From: Candidatus Geothermarchaeota archaeon
GTDB lineage: Archaea; Thermoproteota; Nitrososphaeria; Geothermarchaeales; JDFR-13
Reading direction: 5' to 3'
Length of the DNA stretch: 64,000 nt
NCBI GenBank assembly: GCA_015523605.1
Contig: WAKC01000025.1
Coordinates: 10,157-74,156 of the forward strand
This document shows, one piece after another, positions 28,596-39,584 of this stretch. A program made the position numbers and the translations under genes. The notes under the pieces are model-generated. The model had not been told where the DNA came from and searched no databases. It saw only the letters and a program-made list of their open reading frames with translations. Every line of letters starts with the position of its first letter. Position 1 is the stretch's first letter.

Positions 28596-29366
28596 ATGAT
28601 GACTGAGACCGTGAATCTTGGAGACTATATTCTTCTATATAGTTTGACGAAAAACAGGAAATGGTTGGTAAAAGTTGAGGAGAGAAAATTCTCTACTGAC
28701 CTGGGTGTCGTAGATCTAAAAGAGACAATCGGGAAAAAATATGGGGAATATGTATATACCTCTAAAAATATAAAACTCAAGATTGTAAAACCCGCCCCAT
28801 ATGACTATATCATGAATAGCGAGAGGCCAACCCAGATTGTATATCCAAAGGATATAGGATATCTACTTCTTAGACTAGGTGTCGAGCCGAATTCAAAGAT
28901 ATTGGAGGTTGGCACGGGGAGTGGTGGTCTTACAACGGGGTTTGCATGGTTCCTATCTGAAGAAGGTGAGATCAAAACTTATGAGAAACGGAGGGAGTTT
29001 ATGGAGGTTGCAAAAAGAAATGTCATGAGGATAAAGCCTAGATGTAAAATAACATTTTTGAATCAAGACTTTATGGAAGCTGAGGTAGAAGAAGAATATT
29101 ACGACCTTGCATTTGTAGATATGGATAGCCCATGGACCATTATAGATAAGGTCTATAGAAGTCTAAAACCCTCTGGAAGAGCCGGATTTCTACTGCCAAC
29201 CTATAACCAAGTTGATAAGCTATCCACAAAGATAAACAAGTATTTTCTAGATATAGAGGCTATAGAGGTGTTTATTAGGAGAATAAGGATGAAAAAGGGG
29301 ATGGTTAGACCTGAGTTCCAGATGATCGGCTATACTGCAGTCGTCGTCACTGGAATAAAGTATTAA
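28596..29366 (+). CDS. trmI: tRNA (adenine-N1)-methyltransferase TrmI (Gcd14 family)
   Basis: Has the N-terminal beta domain, RPTQIVYPKD, SAM motif ILEVGTGSGGLT, and FVDMDSPW. Confidence 0.88.
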   Translation: MMTETVNLGDYILLYSLTKNRKWLVKVEERKFSTDLGVVDLKETIGKKYGEYVYTSKNIKLKIVKPAPYDYIMNSERPTQIVYPKDIGYLLLRLGVEPNSKILEVGTGSGGLTTGFAWFLSEEGEIKTYEKRREFMEVAKRNVMRIKPRCKITFLNQDFMEAEVEEEYYDLAFVDMDSPWTIIDKVYRSLKPSGRAGFLLPTYNQVDKLSTKINKYFLDIEAIEVFIRRIRMKKGMVRPEFQMIGYTAVVVTGIKY

Positions 29367-29372
29367 AGGTGG

Positions 29373-29741
29373 TTATCCACCCAAGATCAATATGGCAATA
29401 ATCAATCCGTAGATAGCTACACCCTCTCCTAGACCAGCCAATATAAGGACCCATACTGAAAGCTCGGGCCTCTCAACAAGGGCGGCGCTACCTGCACTGG
29501 TAGCTCCATACAATGCAACACCGGCTCCAATAGTAGACCCTGCCACAGCCAATCCAGCACCTAGGTATTTAAGCCCTGTATCAGCGGCTGCAGCTGCATC
29601 TCCAGTGCCAGGCTCAGCGGCATATGCAATGGATATGAAGCCCCCAATCACCACTAATGCGATAGCCAGGTTGAACAGTATACTCCCTATAAATGCCTTC
29701 TTTGGATTGCCCACCAGCCTTTTCATCAGATTCGTCAACAT
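29373..29741 (-). CDS. atpK: A-type ATP synthase subunit K (proteolipid c) with an N-terminal extension
   Basis: A Gly/Ala-rich hairpin (GAGLAVAGSTIGAGVALYG ... LAGLGEGVAIYGL) carrying the conserved carboxylate Glu. An extra N-terminal TM and an AAEPGTGDAAAAAD linker precede it. Confidence 0.88.
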   Translation of the reverse strand: MLTNLMKRLVGNPKKAFIGSILFNLAIALVVIGGFISIAYAAEPGTGDAAAAADTGLKYLGAGLAVAGSTIGAGVALYGATSAGSAALVERPELSVWVLILAGLGEGVAIYGLIIAILILGG

Positions 29742-29823
29742 GGTTAATCACCATATTTGGATTAATAATATGATATTAAGATTATTCACTATTAAAAGGT
29801 TATAAGGGGAGATATATAGAGAG

Positions 29824-31764
29824 TCATAGTCTTAAAGGTCTGAAGAGTCTCCCCTCGTTCCTATAGAACTTTGTAGAGAATTCATAGTACAATAGCCTTA
29901 TTGATTGGATACCTGCGGCAAAGCCCTCGATGACGATGGCGATTGTGTTGAATAGGATGTAGGATGGTAGGAAGCCTACAAGCCCTGTAAATACTAGTGC
30001 CGCTTCACCTAATGCTCCGTGGGCAATTGCGAAGGCTCCAAGCCTAATATATGATACTGAGTTTGTCAGGTACGTAATGAACATCTCTATAAACTCCTGA
30101 AGACCCTCAACAAGAGTGATTGGCAGGGGCTTACCCTCCTTATGCATTATATTCTCAATCGTCGGCTTTAGATAAACTAGCACTAAGAGGAATATCTCGA
30201 GCATCGTCAAGGGGAATAGGTCTTCCCTTACAAAGACTGCTAGGGACATGCCACCTGTTATAAAGTTTATAGCCAGGTATATACCCACTAGGTAGTATAT
30301 CAGACCTACTAATCCCTTCCAACTAAGTACTGCCTCGAAATACTCTCCATTCTTCAAGTCGACTATGATGTTAAGTATAAGCCCTATAACAAGCTGTATC
30401 AATCCGAAGATAATAGCTATAATGCTAATCTCTATAGTACTCTTAATAGGTTTTATCCACATCGGAGTCATGGAAAGTAGGAATGACTCACCATATAAGA
30501 ATCCAAAGATTATTGCCATCGTACCAGCAGACATAAGCATGAAACCAAGGTTATTAATCGCCCTATACGAAAGACCTAGTAGAGGCTTCTTCAGCTTATA
30601 TAGAATGACACCAAGGGACATGAGGATTATACCGCCACCTACATCACCAAACATCATTCCATACATCAGCAGGAACAGTCCAGTGAAGATAGGGGTAGGA
30701 TCAAACTCGAAGTAGTTGGGGGCACCTCTCTTCCTAGTCAACAGTTCAAATCTTTTTAAGGGACCTGGATTCTTGAGATAGGTTGGTGGATGATCCTCTT
30801 CATGTGGATATTCATATTCGACATAGAACTTCTCACCTACTATCTCCCTAACACCCTTAACTAGCTCGTCATATTTCTCGTCTAGAACCCATCCCTTAAA
30901 TATAGCTAGATTCTTTGTGAATACCAGGGATGAATAGACCTCCTTATAGAACCTGAAGAACTGTCTATACTTCTCCACCTCTTTATTAAACTTTTTAAGC
31001 TCCTTATGTAATTCCCTCGCCTCCTTAGAAATCTCCTCCAACTCCTTATCGATTTGTTTCAAGACCTCGGATGCGTCACCTTTAAACTCCTCTGGAAAAC
31101 GGATCTCCTCAAAATTAAGGACAGATAAATAGTTAAGGATCTCATCCCGATCCTCTATACTACCAGCCAAAATAATAAAGTAGTCTTTCCTAATACCTTC
31201 AAAGACATTAATCACGACATTATAAGGCTTCAGATAATCTTTTAGTAGGGGTAGATTCTGAACTGGAAGGAGACCGGCTCGAATAAATATATGTGTAAAA
31301 TCTCCCATGATATCAACGGGGATATTATATTTTGCAAAGAGCTGGACATAAACCTTTATATCTTTAAGGAATGTAAATCTTCTAGAGATTCTATCAACCT
31401 CAGCCGTATAATTTGTGAGCTTCTCCTCCAACTCCTGAACAACCCTAGAAACCTCATCCTTATTCAACACTACAGTCTCCACATCCTCTTTTAACGTAAA
31501 TGCCTCCCTCAAACGCTCCCCAAAACTCTTCTTCACCTCCTCCTCATCACCAATAAGGGAAGATACGCTGTCAACCAGGACTTTGGCCCTATCAAGTATA
31601 CGTTCATATCTCATAGCTGTATTTACTTCCTCTCTAGTTGATGTTTCCAATGCATGGCCAATAAGCTCTACACTCTTTAGACTAGCAATATACTTGGACA
31701 CAGCCTCTTCAAACTCCATAGGCACAGCCAAATAAAACTTCCTAAGCTTCGCCGGTCTGAGCAT
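29824..31764 (-). CDS. atpI: A-type ATP synthase subunit I (stator a-subunit)
   Basis: 646 aa, with a soluble coiled-coil N-terminal half and a polytopic C-terminal half ending in the conserved YIRLGAFAIAHG-type Arg helix (SYIRLGAFAIAHGAL). Confidence 0.9.
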   Translation of the reverse strand: MLRPAKLRKFYLAVPMEFEEAVSKYIASLKSVELIGHALETSTREEVNTAMRYERILDRAKVLVDSVSSLIGDEEEVKKSFGERLREAFTLKEDVETVVLNKDEVSRVVQELEEKLTNYTAEVDRISRRFTFLKDIKVYVQLFAKYNIPVDIMGDFTHIFIRAGLLPVQNLPLLKDYLKPYNVVINVFEGIRKDYFIILAGSIEDRDEILNYLSVLNFEEIRFPEEFKGDASEVLKQIDKELEEISKEARELHKELKKFNKEVEKYRQFFRFYKEVYSSLVFTKNLAIFKGWVLDEKYDELVKGVREIVGEKFYVEYEYPHEEDHPPTYLKNPGPLKRFELLTRKRGAPNYFEFDPTPIFTGLFLLMYGMMFGDVGGGIILMSLGVILYKLKKPLLGLSYRAINNLGFMLMSAGTMAIIFGFLYGESFLLSMTPMWIKPIKSTIEISIIAIIFGLIQLVIGLILNIIVDLKNGEYFEAVLSWKGLVGLIYYLVGIYLAINFITGGMSLAVFVREDLFPLTMLEIFLLVLVYLKPTIENIMHKEGKPLPITLVEGLQEFIEMFITYLTNSVSYIRLGAFAIAHGALGEAALVFTGLVGFLPSYILFNTIAIVIEGFAAGIQSIRLLYYEFSTKFYRNEGRLFRPLRL

Positions 31765-31868
31765 AACTATCCCACCTTGTGCCTCGTATGAAAAGAGGTT
31801 TATATATGACTTATATTAAAACACAATTTATATATTTAACAACTAAACAGAAAGGGTGACCGCCAGAG

Positions 31869-32426
31869 ATGGATAAGAGAGATATAGGAATATTGATGAT
31901 ACTCGGTTCATACATATTTCTCCTAGCGAGGACTGTGATGCTATATATGGAGGGGGTCACAAATCTATTAACGCTCTATAGGGATATAGGTAGCGACCCC
32001 ATACTCTTCTATGTAAATCTTGTTCTATATCTCTTTGGGGCATATCTACTCATTGGAAATGCTAGTCACGATGTTAGAGACCTCCTTATAAACATACTCT
32101 TCTTCGTAATACCCTTTACAACACTGATCTTCATAATATTCTATCTATGGATAGTAGGAGGGGCCAAGGGACTCCTACTATTATATGGAACAGCCCAATT
32201 CCCATTATACCATATCTTCCTACTGATAACAGTAGGCATTATAACGGTAATTAGAAGGAAGGATTTAGATCTCAAGAGGTTAAGTTATGCACTACCCTTC
32301 ATCCTAGTGATGGCCGCCTACGCAGCTGTTAGGGTCTTCCTAGGGATATATGCATTTATGGTCTTAATATTCCTAGTAATAGTAGGAGTTCTAACAGTAT
32401 TCCTGACTAAGAAATATATGAAATAG
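31869..32426 (+). CDS. polytopic membrane protein, unknown function
   Basis: 185 aa with 5-6 hydrophobic helices. It lies on the strand opposite both flanking ATP synthase gene blocks. Confidence 0.5.
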   Translation: MDKRDIGILMILGSYIFLLARTVMLYMEGVTNLLTLYRDIGSDPILFYVNLVLYLFGAYLLIGNASHDVRDLLINILFFVIPFTTLIFIIFYLWIVGGAKGLLLLYGTAQFPLYHIFLLITVGIITVIRRKDLDLKRLSYALPFILVMAAYAAVRVFLGIYAFMVLIFLVIVGVLTVFLTKKYMK

Positions 32427-32438
32427 AGATTTAGGGGA

Positions 32439-33473
32439 TTAATATAACTCTATCTGCTCAGGGTCTATACCCAGTTCTTTAGCTGTAGCTATCTGTATTA
32501 AATTCATGTACTCATACTCTACTGAGTATAGATACCAGAGTACATATGCCATGTCCAGTGGATGCCTCTTCGACAGATCTATATGGAAACTTCTAAATCC
32601 TTTTAAGACACCTCTATATAGGTCGTTGACACTCCTTCTCTCGACTGCATCCTCAATATATTTAACAAGCCATCTGTATCGAGATCTTAAGATTATGTTA
32701 AGCGCGACATCCTCTCTAGATCTGAGGAGGTCATTTATGAAGTCTACGGGGACGCTTAGATTCCTAGCTATCAGACCGGAGTACCTCTCGAATATGATTA
32801 GTGGAGCCTCTAAAAACTTCATACCAAAGATGTAGTATGCAAATTTAGAGAAGTATTCATTCCTAAGTATATCTGTAACTCTCTTGTTAGATGGAAGGCT
32901 ATTGGCTGCTTCTAGAAGCTTGGAGAAGTAGACCGCCTCAACAGCAAGCTCCACAGGTAGTGTACTATTAATAGACTTCGCCATTGGGATTGCTTCCTGA
33001 GCACCCCTATACATCGTAGGAGCCAAATGATATGCAACATCGTCTATCGAAGCAACATTTACAAGCTCCTGAAAGTTCAGAACGGTATACCCCCTTGGAA
33101 TGGGTATTAAATCGTCTAGAGTGATATCCCTCCCTCTAAGTTTTGCTCTCAACACTCTCCTAAGGTTTTCAACCTCCAATCTCTTAATATAGCTCATCAT
33201 AAAATCTCTAAACTTACCCGATGAAATCTTTGTGAAATAAATTAGCCTATCTACATATACCTTGGAAAATATTTTGTTTAACGTTGCAGCATCTACTTTT
33301 CCCCGCTCCAAAGTCGATAATGACTGTACATAATCGTCCTTGGTAAGCAGATCGATAAATGCTTGGAGATCCTTTGTCTTTTTAAGGGAGTCTAACTCAT
33401 CATATTTCAGCAGCCTAGTTGCTAATCCATGTGCTCTGCTAACTATAAAAATATATGATGCAGACTTCAACAT
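32439..33473 (-). CDS. atpC: A-type ATP synthase subunit C (V-type d homologue)
   Basis: 344 aa, all-helical, positioned directly after atpD. The repeat pattern with RVLRAKLRG and conserved YL..VEYE motifs is typical of subunit C. Confidence 0.8.
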   Translation of the reverse strand: MLKSASYIFIVSRAHGLATRLLKYDELDSLKKTKDLQAFIDLLTKDDYVQSLSTLERGKVDAATLNKIFSKVYVDRLIYFTKISSGKFRDFMMSYIKRLEVENLRRVLRAKLRGRDITLDDLIPIPRGYTVLNFQELVNVASIDDVAYHLAPTMYRGAQEAIPMAKSINSTLPVELAVEAVYFSKLLEAANSLPSNKRVTDILRNEYFSKFAYYIFGMKFLEAPLIIFERYSGLIARNLSVPVDFINDLLRSREDVALNIILRSRYRWLVKYIEDAVERRSVNDLYRGVLKGFRSFHIDLSKRHPLDMAYVLWYLYSVEYEYMNLIQIATAKELGIDPEQIELY

Positions 33474-33479
33474 CCCAAC

Positions 33480-34082
33480 CTACCCCTTCTTATCAACTAT
33501 AAACTTGGTACGCACGAATTCGGATAACTCCTCCTCCATAATCCGTTCCTCGATGTATCTAATAAGGTCTTGATAAGAAGGAATTATAATTTTCTGGAGT
33601 GCGTTAACCTTCCTCGCTGTATTCATAAGGTCATATGCCAATGCCTCAATCTTATTTTCTATAATTGCTACTTCAAGCATCTCCATGAAGACTTTATAAA
33701 ACTCATTTGCAACTTCCTTCACAACCAAGTTCGGTATAGACTCTACACTAGGAGGCTCCACTATCTCTACATCATATTCCTCAATACCCATTACTAGATG
33801 CCTATGAAGCCTAGTCTTCATCTTAGAGACAACCATAGAGGCTGAGGTGAATTCCTCATGCCCTACATTTACCAGGGCCTTGACAAACTTCGTATACGTC
33901 TCCATAATCTTCTTCTCTGCCTCCTCCCTCTTACCTAATTGACCCAGATATTTATTAAGCTCACTTGCGACCTTATCACGCTTCATCTCAAGAATCTCAG
34001 TACTCTTCTTAATAAATTGGAGTTGTTTCCTAGCCTCTAGTAATGCGCCTCTGCTGGCTGATACACCCATTATAGAACTCAT
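33480..34082 (-). CDS. atpD: A-type ATP synthase subunit D (central stalk)
   Basis: 200 aa with long N- and C-terminal helices ([27 protein letters not shown] ... ALQKIIIP). It overlaps atpB by 4 nt. Confidence 0.85.
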   Translation of the reverse strand: MSSIMGVSASRGALLEARKQLQFIKKSTEILEMKRDKVASELNKYLGQLGKREEAEKKIMETYTKFVKALVNVGHEEFTSASMVVSKMKTRLHRHLVMGIEEYDVEIVEPPSVESIPNLVVKEVANEFYKVFMEMLEVAIIENKIEALAYDLMNTARKVNALQKIIIPSYQDLIRYIEERIMEEELSEFVRTKFIVDKKG

Positions 34083-35506
34083 TTCTGGATACCCTCGTAT
34101 GCAGCCTTAGCCTTATAGTAATACTTCTCTATCGTGGACTCTCTAACACGTGTAAGCTCTTCGGGTGGAAGGACACTTAAGACCTCCCAGCCAATGTCTA
34201 GAGTCTCTTCAATCGTCCTGTTTTCATATTCACCCTGGTTAATAAAACGTCTCTCAAAGAGATCAGCAAACTTTAGGAATAATCTCTCCCTATCACTTAA
34301 TCCCATCTCACCAACAATTCTGGCCAAGTCCCTAGCCTTTACACCCCTGGAATAGGCATCATATAACTGGTCACTAAGCTCTTTATGATCATCTCTAGTC
34401 TTACCAGGCCCGATACCACTCCTCATAAGCCTACTCAGACTTGGGAGAACGTTGATAGGTGGATATATACCTCTGGAGTGGAGGTCCTTGCTAAGTATAA
34501 TCTGTCCCTCGGTGATATAGCCAGTTAGATCCGGGATTGGATGTCTCTTGTCTCCACCTGGCATTGTAAGAATAGGCATCTGTGTTAGACTACCCTTCTT
34601 ACCTCTTACAATACCCGCTCGCTCATAGATTGTGGCTAAATCGCTATACATATAACCTGGATATCCACCTCTGCCCGGCACCTCCTCCCTCGCCGCACTG
34701 ATCTCTCTAAGGGCTTCACAATAATTTGTCATGTCAGTTAATATCGCAAGTACATGGTAGTCGAGTTCAAAAGCGAGATACTCGGCGATTGTTAATGCAA
34801 TCCTAGGAGTAATTAACCTCTCGATGGCTGGGTCGTCCGCCAAATTTAATATAACTACACTCCTATCTATAGCTCCCGACTCTCTAAACTGTGAGATGAA
34901 GTAGCTAGCCTCATCATGCTTTAAACCCATTGCTGCGAACACTAGGGCGAAACTCTCCTCTTCACCCAGTATAGTTGCTTGTCTCGCAATCTGAGCAGCT
35001 ACTCTATTGTGAGGTAGTCCAGACTCGGAGAAGATAGGCAGCTTTTGCCCTCTAACGAGGGATAGCATCCCATCAATAGCTGAAATACCGGTCTGGATAA
35101 AGTCATTGGGATATTCTCTCGCTCTTGGATTGATGGGAAATCCATTGATATCCCTTGTATCCTTCGATGAAATCTTGGGTAGACCATCTATAGGCTCGAA
35201 CCTACCATTGAACATTCTACCAACTACATCAGGTGATACGGGAATCTCAAATGTTGATCCTGTAAACTTAACTATCGAATCATGCTGAAGTCCAGATTCA
35301 TCACCAAATACCTGGGCAATAACGTAATCTCTACTCACCTCAATAACTCTTCCCAGGCGATCTATACCATCTGGAGCCCTTATACGGATAATTTCATCGA
35401 ATACAACTCCCGGTATCGGGTCAAGTACTACAAGAGAGCCCCTTATCTCACGGATCCCTCTGTATATCTTCCCATACAAATCAGATATCTTTACAGGAAT
35501 ACCCAT
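34079..35506 (-). CDS. atpB: A-type ATP synthase subunit B (non-catalytic)
   Basis: High-identity A/V-type B motifs ([30 protein letters not shown]) with no canonical P-loop Lys. Confidence 0.95.
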   Translation of the reverse strand: MGIPVKISDLYGKIYRGIREIRGSLVVLDPIPGVVFDEIIRIRAPDGIDRLGRVIEVSRDYVIAQVFGDESGLQHDSIVKFTGSTFEIPVSPDVVGRMFNGRFEPIDGLPKISSKDTRDINGFPINPRAREYPNDFIQTGISAIDGMLSLVRGQKLPIFSESGLPHNRVAAQIARQATILGEEESFALVFAAMGLKHDEASYFISQFRESGAIDRSVVILNLADDPAIERLITPRIALTIAEYLAFELDYHVLAILTDMTNYCEALREISAAREEVPGRGGYPGYMYSDLATIYERAGIVRGKKGSLTQMPILTMPGGDKRHPIPDLTGYITEGQIILSKDLHSRGIYPPINVLPSLSRLMRSGIGPGKTRDDHKELSDQLYDAYSRGVKARDLARIVGEMGLSDRERLFLKFADLFERRFINQGEYENRTIEETLDIGWEVLSVLPPEELTRVRESTIEKYYYKAKAAYEGIQK

Positions 35507-35518
35507 TCAAACCACCTC

Positions 35519-37339
35519 CTAAAACGATATCGAGACTCTATACTCCTCCGCTATGGAGGAGAGAGCCTCCCTAATCTCATTTAATAGATCCACTATAGCA
35601 TCAAACTTCCTCTCATCTAGCTTGGCCCTCTTAATCCTACTAACTATCGGTGACTCAATTATCCTGTCTATAGGCACATTCTCCCTAACAAGTTTCTCAG
35701 CTAATCTATGGAAATCTATAATCGCCTTCAAAATAAGTATTGAACGCTCAGGCTCTGAATATGAATCTACAGGATCGAATGCATTCTGTCTTAACAGACC
35801 CTCCTTAATAAGCTCGTTAGTAAGAAGTAGAAGCCTCTGATCATCTGGTAAGGCCTTCTCACCTATAATCTTAGCTATAGACTCTACCTCACTAGCGTTT
35901 GTCAAGATATTCATAGCCTCCACTCTATAACTGGGATATTCCTCCTTAACATTTGGCCATACATCCTTTAGCCTAGGATTGTTCTCAACAGCCTTTTCCA
36001 CATACCCACCTATTATAGCTTCTGCATAAAGACTATAGCTTTTCAGCCAATGTATTGATGGGAAGTGTCGACTATATGCTAGATCGGCATCTAAAGCCCA
36101 GAATACACCTGTAAATCTAAGTGTATGTGTAGTAACAGGCTCGTTAAAATCACCACCAGGCGGGGACACCGCTCCAACAACAGTTACAGATCCTATTCTC
36201 TCAGGCCTACCCAATACCTTAACCCTTCCAGCTCTTTCATAGAACTCTGCTATCTTATCCGGTAGATAAGCTGGGAATCCCCTCTCTACAGGCATCTCAC
36301 CTAGCCTACCAGAAATCTCTCTAATAGCCTCAGCCCATCTAGAGGTTGAATCAGCCATGAGAGATACATCATAACCCATATCTCTATAATACTCGGCGAT
36401 TGTAATACCTATGTATACACTGGCCTCTCTAGCCGAGACTGGCATGTTACTTGTATTTGCAATTAGAACGGTTCTCTCCATAAGGGGTCTACCAGACCTT
36501 GGGTCCTGAAGCTCTGGGAATTCTGTAAGGACTTCAGCCATCTCATTACCCCTCTCACCACATCCAATGTATACCACGACATCTGTATCGCTCCACTTAG
36601 CAAGCTGATGGAGGGTTACAGTCTTACCCGTTCCGAATCCGCCTGGTATACAGGCTGCTCCACCCTTGGCTACTGGGAAGAGTACGTCTATAACCCTCTG
36701 GCCAGTAATCAATGGTGTGGTGAGCGGGAGCCTACCACCTGGCTGGACAGGCCTAGCTATCTTAACCGGCCATTCATGATACATATATAGATTCTTCTCT
36801 TCACCATTAACCTCTACAACGCCTATCGGCTCTTCTATCTTAAATTCTCCCTCATATATCTCCTTCAACACACCGCTCATATTAGGGGGTATCATAATCT
36901 TATGGACAAGATATTCCGTTTCCTTCACCTCACCAACTATATCTCCAGGGCCAACCTCTATCCCAGCCTCTACAGTGGGCTTAAACTCCCATTTTATATC
37001 TCTCGGTAACATATAGGCCTTGATACCTCTAGAGATAAACGGACCACTCAGTTTAATCAGGTCCTCCAGAGGCCTACCAATACCATCAAAGATATTCATG
37101 AGAAGTCCAGGACCCAACTCAGCCACCAACTTCTTACCAGTTCCAAAGACGGGGTCTCCCACCCTTAGCCCACTAGTAGGCTCGTATACCTGGGCAGCAA
37201 AATCTTCCTCAAATACACGAATTACCTCTCCAATAAGCCTATCCTCACCAATCTCTACAACCTCACCAACCTCAATATCTGGGATACCCCTTCCAAATAC
37301 AACTGTTCCACTTACCTTTACAATCTCACCCTGCCTCAT
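35519..37339 (-). CDS. atpA: A-type ATP synthase subunit A (catalytic)
   Basis: Has the P-loop PGGFGTGKTV, the non-homologous insert typical of A subunits, and GERGNEM, MADSTSRWAEALREISGRL-like motifs. Confidence 0.96.
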   Translation of the reverse strand: MRQGEIVKVSGTVVFGRGIPDIEVGEVVEIGEDRLIGEVIRVFEEDFAAQVYEPTSGLRVGDPVFGTGKKLVAELGPGLLMNIFDGIGRPLEDLIKLSGPFISRGIKAYMLPRDIKWEFKPTVEAGIEVGPGDIVGEVKETEYLVHKIMIPPNMSGVLKEIYEGEFKIEEPIGVVEVNGEEKNLYMYHEWPVKIARPVQPGGRLPLTTPLITGQRVIDVLFPVAKGGAACIPGGFGTGKTVTLHQLAKWSDTDVVVYIGCGERGNEMAEVLTEFPELQDPRSGRPLMERTVLIANTSNMPVSAREASVYIGITIAEYYRDMGYDVSLMADSTSRWAEAIREISGRLGEMPVERGFPAYLPDKIAEFYERAGRVKVLGRPERIGSVTVVGAVSPPGGDFNEPVTTHTLRFTGVFWALDADLAYSRHFPSIHWLKSYSLYAEAIIGGYVEKAVENNPRLKDVWPNVKEEYPSYRVEAMNILTNASEVESIAKIIGEKALPDDQRLLLLTNELIKEGLLRQNAFDPVDSYSEPERSILILKAIIDFHRLAEKLVRENVPIDRIIESPIVSRIKRAKLDERKFDAIVDLLNEIREALSSIAEEYRVSISF

Positions 37340-37959
37340 TCAACACCACCTCTAAGAATATTCAAAATCTCATCTAGACGCTCCTCAAAGAGGGAGTTCA
37401 ACCTCCCATCGAAGGTCGATACATAGAAGACCTTCTCATCAACATCGGAGACTATAACGCCTCCCAAAAAGTTCTCACCTGAATCCTCAAACACAAGCTT
37501 CACCTTCTTACCAAACAGCTTAGATACCTTTTCAGAGATTTTCTTTGAATTCTCTTTAAAGAAGTCTGCGTCTGAAGATGAATATAATACCTTTGCCTCA
37601 ACAAGATTCAGGTCCTTAAGACCCTCAACGATATATTTGGAGATAATATCAATATATTCATCACTATTCTTGATATTCTTAATCCTCTCGAGAGACTTCT
37701 CCCTAACTTCATCAAGAAGCTTCATAATCTGTTCATAAACCATCCTCTTACCCTCCAACCTCTTAACCGCTACAGCAACCTCCTTCTTATTCCTAAGTTC
37801 AGATTCTATCTGGGCACGCTTCCTCTCTATAATCCTAAGAGCCCTTTCATTAGCCTCTTCGAGAATCTTCTGAGCCTCCGCCTTCGCCTCACTGATTATC
37901 CTCTCTTTCTCCTTCTCAGCCGACGAGATAATCTCCTTTTTCAATGCTTCAATACTCAT
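37336..37959 (-). CDS. atpE: A-type ATP synthase subunit E (peripheral stalk)
   Basis: 207 aa with an N-terminal long E/K/A-rich helix and a C-terminal globular domain. It overlaps atpA by 4 nt. Confidence 0.8.
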   Translation of the reverse strand: MSIEALKKEIISSAEKEKERIISEAKAEAQKILEEANERALRIIERKRAQIESELRNKKEVAVAVKRLEGKRMVYEQIMKLLDEVREKSLERIKNIKNSDEYIDIISKYIVEGLKDLNLVEAKVLYSSSDADFFKENSKKISEKVSKLFGKKVKLVFEDSGENFLGGVIVSDVDEKVFYVSTFDGRLNSLFEERLDEILNILRGGVE

Positions 37960-38255
37960 CCAACCACCTCCTTCACAACAAATTCTATAGCCTTGTCAAG
38001 ATATTCTAAACCAGTATCATACACCTTCTTAGCCTCCTCCTTATAACTCTCCTCCAACTTACTAAGCTCTTCATCCAACTCTCTCTTAACCTTCTCCTCT
38101 AACTCTGGAAAACGAGCTTCCTCGGCCTTACGAACAGCCTCTTCAGCCTCTCTTCTAGCCTCATCAACTATCTTCCTAGCCTCCTCCCTCGCAGCCTCTA
38201 TAATCCTCTCAGCCTCCCTCTCTATCTCAAGCAACTTATTCAATTCCTCAGACAT
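37956..38255 (-). CDS. atpH: A-type ATP synthase subunit H (V-type G-like peripheral stalk)
   Basis: 99 aa of E/A/K/R-rich single long helix. Its position between atpF and atpE, with a 4-nt overlap, supports the call. Confidence 0.7.
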   Translation of the reverse strand: MSEELNKLLEIEREAERIIEAAREEARKIVDEARREAEEAVRKAEEARFPELEEKVKRELDEELSKLEESYKEEAKKVYDTGLEYLDKAIEFVVKEVVG

Positions 38256-38262
38256 AATAAGA

Positions 38263-38589
38263 TCACCCCTTCAACTGAAGCCTAACACCAACCGCCTGAC
38301 TAACAAGATTATATAGATCTTCCACCCTCTTCCCCACAGCACCCTCCAATGTGGGGATCACCATTAGGATGGGGCGGTTGGTACCCTCCTTCTTAAACTT
38401 TACACGTCTCGAGCTTAGCTCGATATACATATCCTCCGTCAAGACGAGGACGTCTACATCATCGTCAGAGACTAGAGAACGCACCTTCTTCTCTGCATCT
38501 ATTACATCAAAAGTTGGTATCGCCTCTACACCTATAGCCTCCATTAACATACCTATATATCTATTTCCGACAAATACTATCCGCCCCAA
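38263..38589 (-). CDS. atpF: A-type ATP synthase subunit F
   Basis: 108 aa with an (I/V)xxxG....xGF-like N-terminus (RIVFVGNRYIGMLMEAIGV) and DVLVLTEDM. The start appears to be TTG. Confidence 0.8.
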   Translation of the reverse strand: MGRIVFVGNRYIGMLMEAIGVEAIPTFDVIDAEKKVRSLVSDDDVDVLVLTEDMYIELSSRRVKFKKEGTNRPILMVIPTLEGAVGKRVEDLYNLVSQAVGVRLQLKG

Positions 38590-38655
38590 CCCTATTCACC
38601 TATACTACATTCAAATTATTGGATTAAAAATATAATATAAATCAAACAATATAGA

Positions 38656-39249
38656 ATGAATTACTTTATGTTGGGAAGATTGGTTGACACTGTTCTAAAG
38701 CTACGGAAATATATCGCAATAGCATCTACACTGATATCCTTAGGCCTATTCATCTACTATATCGGGAGGTCATTACTGGGTTTAGATCCTCTATATCCTT
38801 TCGGGGAGAATATGGTATCCATCGAGATAGTTTTCATACCCAATGTTATCTTTATGAAACCCATAACAATTGCAGTCATATTTGGATATCTAGCTGTGTT
38901 GACAACCCTATCACACATTGGGGACTATGCTGTTGAAAGATGGAGTGAAAAAGAGTTCTTCATAATTGAAATATTTACAGGAATGCTGATGTTTATCTCC
39001 GGATATGAGATTCTATTTAACTTTACATTATGGTCTGCGATGATAGCCTCAATAACAACTTCTGGGACTGTAAACGGTAATATAGACCTGTTGTATAATG
39101 TATTCCCAAATCCAGATACTCCTTGGAATATAGTCTTCGCAACAAAAATATTTTATTTAATGTTCCTCTCATCTATAACATCATTCTATTATGTAAATAG
39201 ATGGAAACTACTCAAGAGAGAAATAAAAGGCGACAAACAGGAGAAATAG
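38656..39249 (+). CDS. polytopic membrane protein, unknown function
   Basis: 197 aa with 5 hydrophobic segments and a basic C-terminal tail. Confidence 0.5.
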   Translation: MNYFMLGRLVDTVLKLRKYIAIASTLISLGLFIYYIGRSLLGLDPLYPFGENMVSIEIVFIPNVIFMKPITIAVIFGYLAVLTTLSHIGDYAVERWSEKEFFIIEIFTGMLMFISGYEILFNFTLWSAMIASITTSGTVNGNIDLLYNVFPNPDTPWNIVFATKIFYLMFLSSITSFYYVNRWKLLKREIKGDKQEK

Positions 39250-39519
39250 AGATGTGGCGCTTAGAAATCTAATCTGGAGTGATGTAGGGATCAGCAATAC
39301 AAAGAGGTGGGTGAAGAACAGAAGGGATAGAGAGGCGGGTAAGAGACTCGACAACTTATTTTTAAATCCACCCATAATACCCAGTGAAGCAACTAGTCCA
39401 AAGAAGCCTATCAAAAGTAGGTAGAGGCTTGTACTCGTGGATCCATAGTATAACACTATTAAGGAGGGTACCAATAGGCATATACCCGCCACAATCTGTT
39501 TCGATTTAAGCGACGCCAT
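39208..39519 (-). CDS. small membrane protein, unknown function
   Basis: The tracked ORF runs to 39696 and would overlap the agmatinase gene. The internal ATG at 39519 (MASLKSKQIVAG...) gives a 103-aa, 3-TM protein with no overlap. Confidence 0.4.
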   Translation of the reverse strand: MASLKSKQIVAGICLLVPSLIVLYYGSTSTSLYLLLIGFFGLVASLGIMGGFKNKLSSLLPASLSLLFFTHLFVLLIPTSLQIRFLSATSLFLLFVAFYFSLE

Positions 39520-39584
39520 TACAACCACCTTCTTATTATATATCTCATTACAGTTTATATCATCATACAACGAAAAATAAAAGT

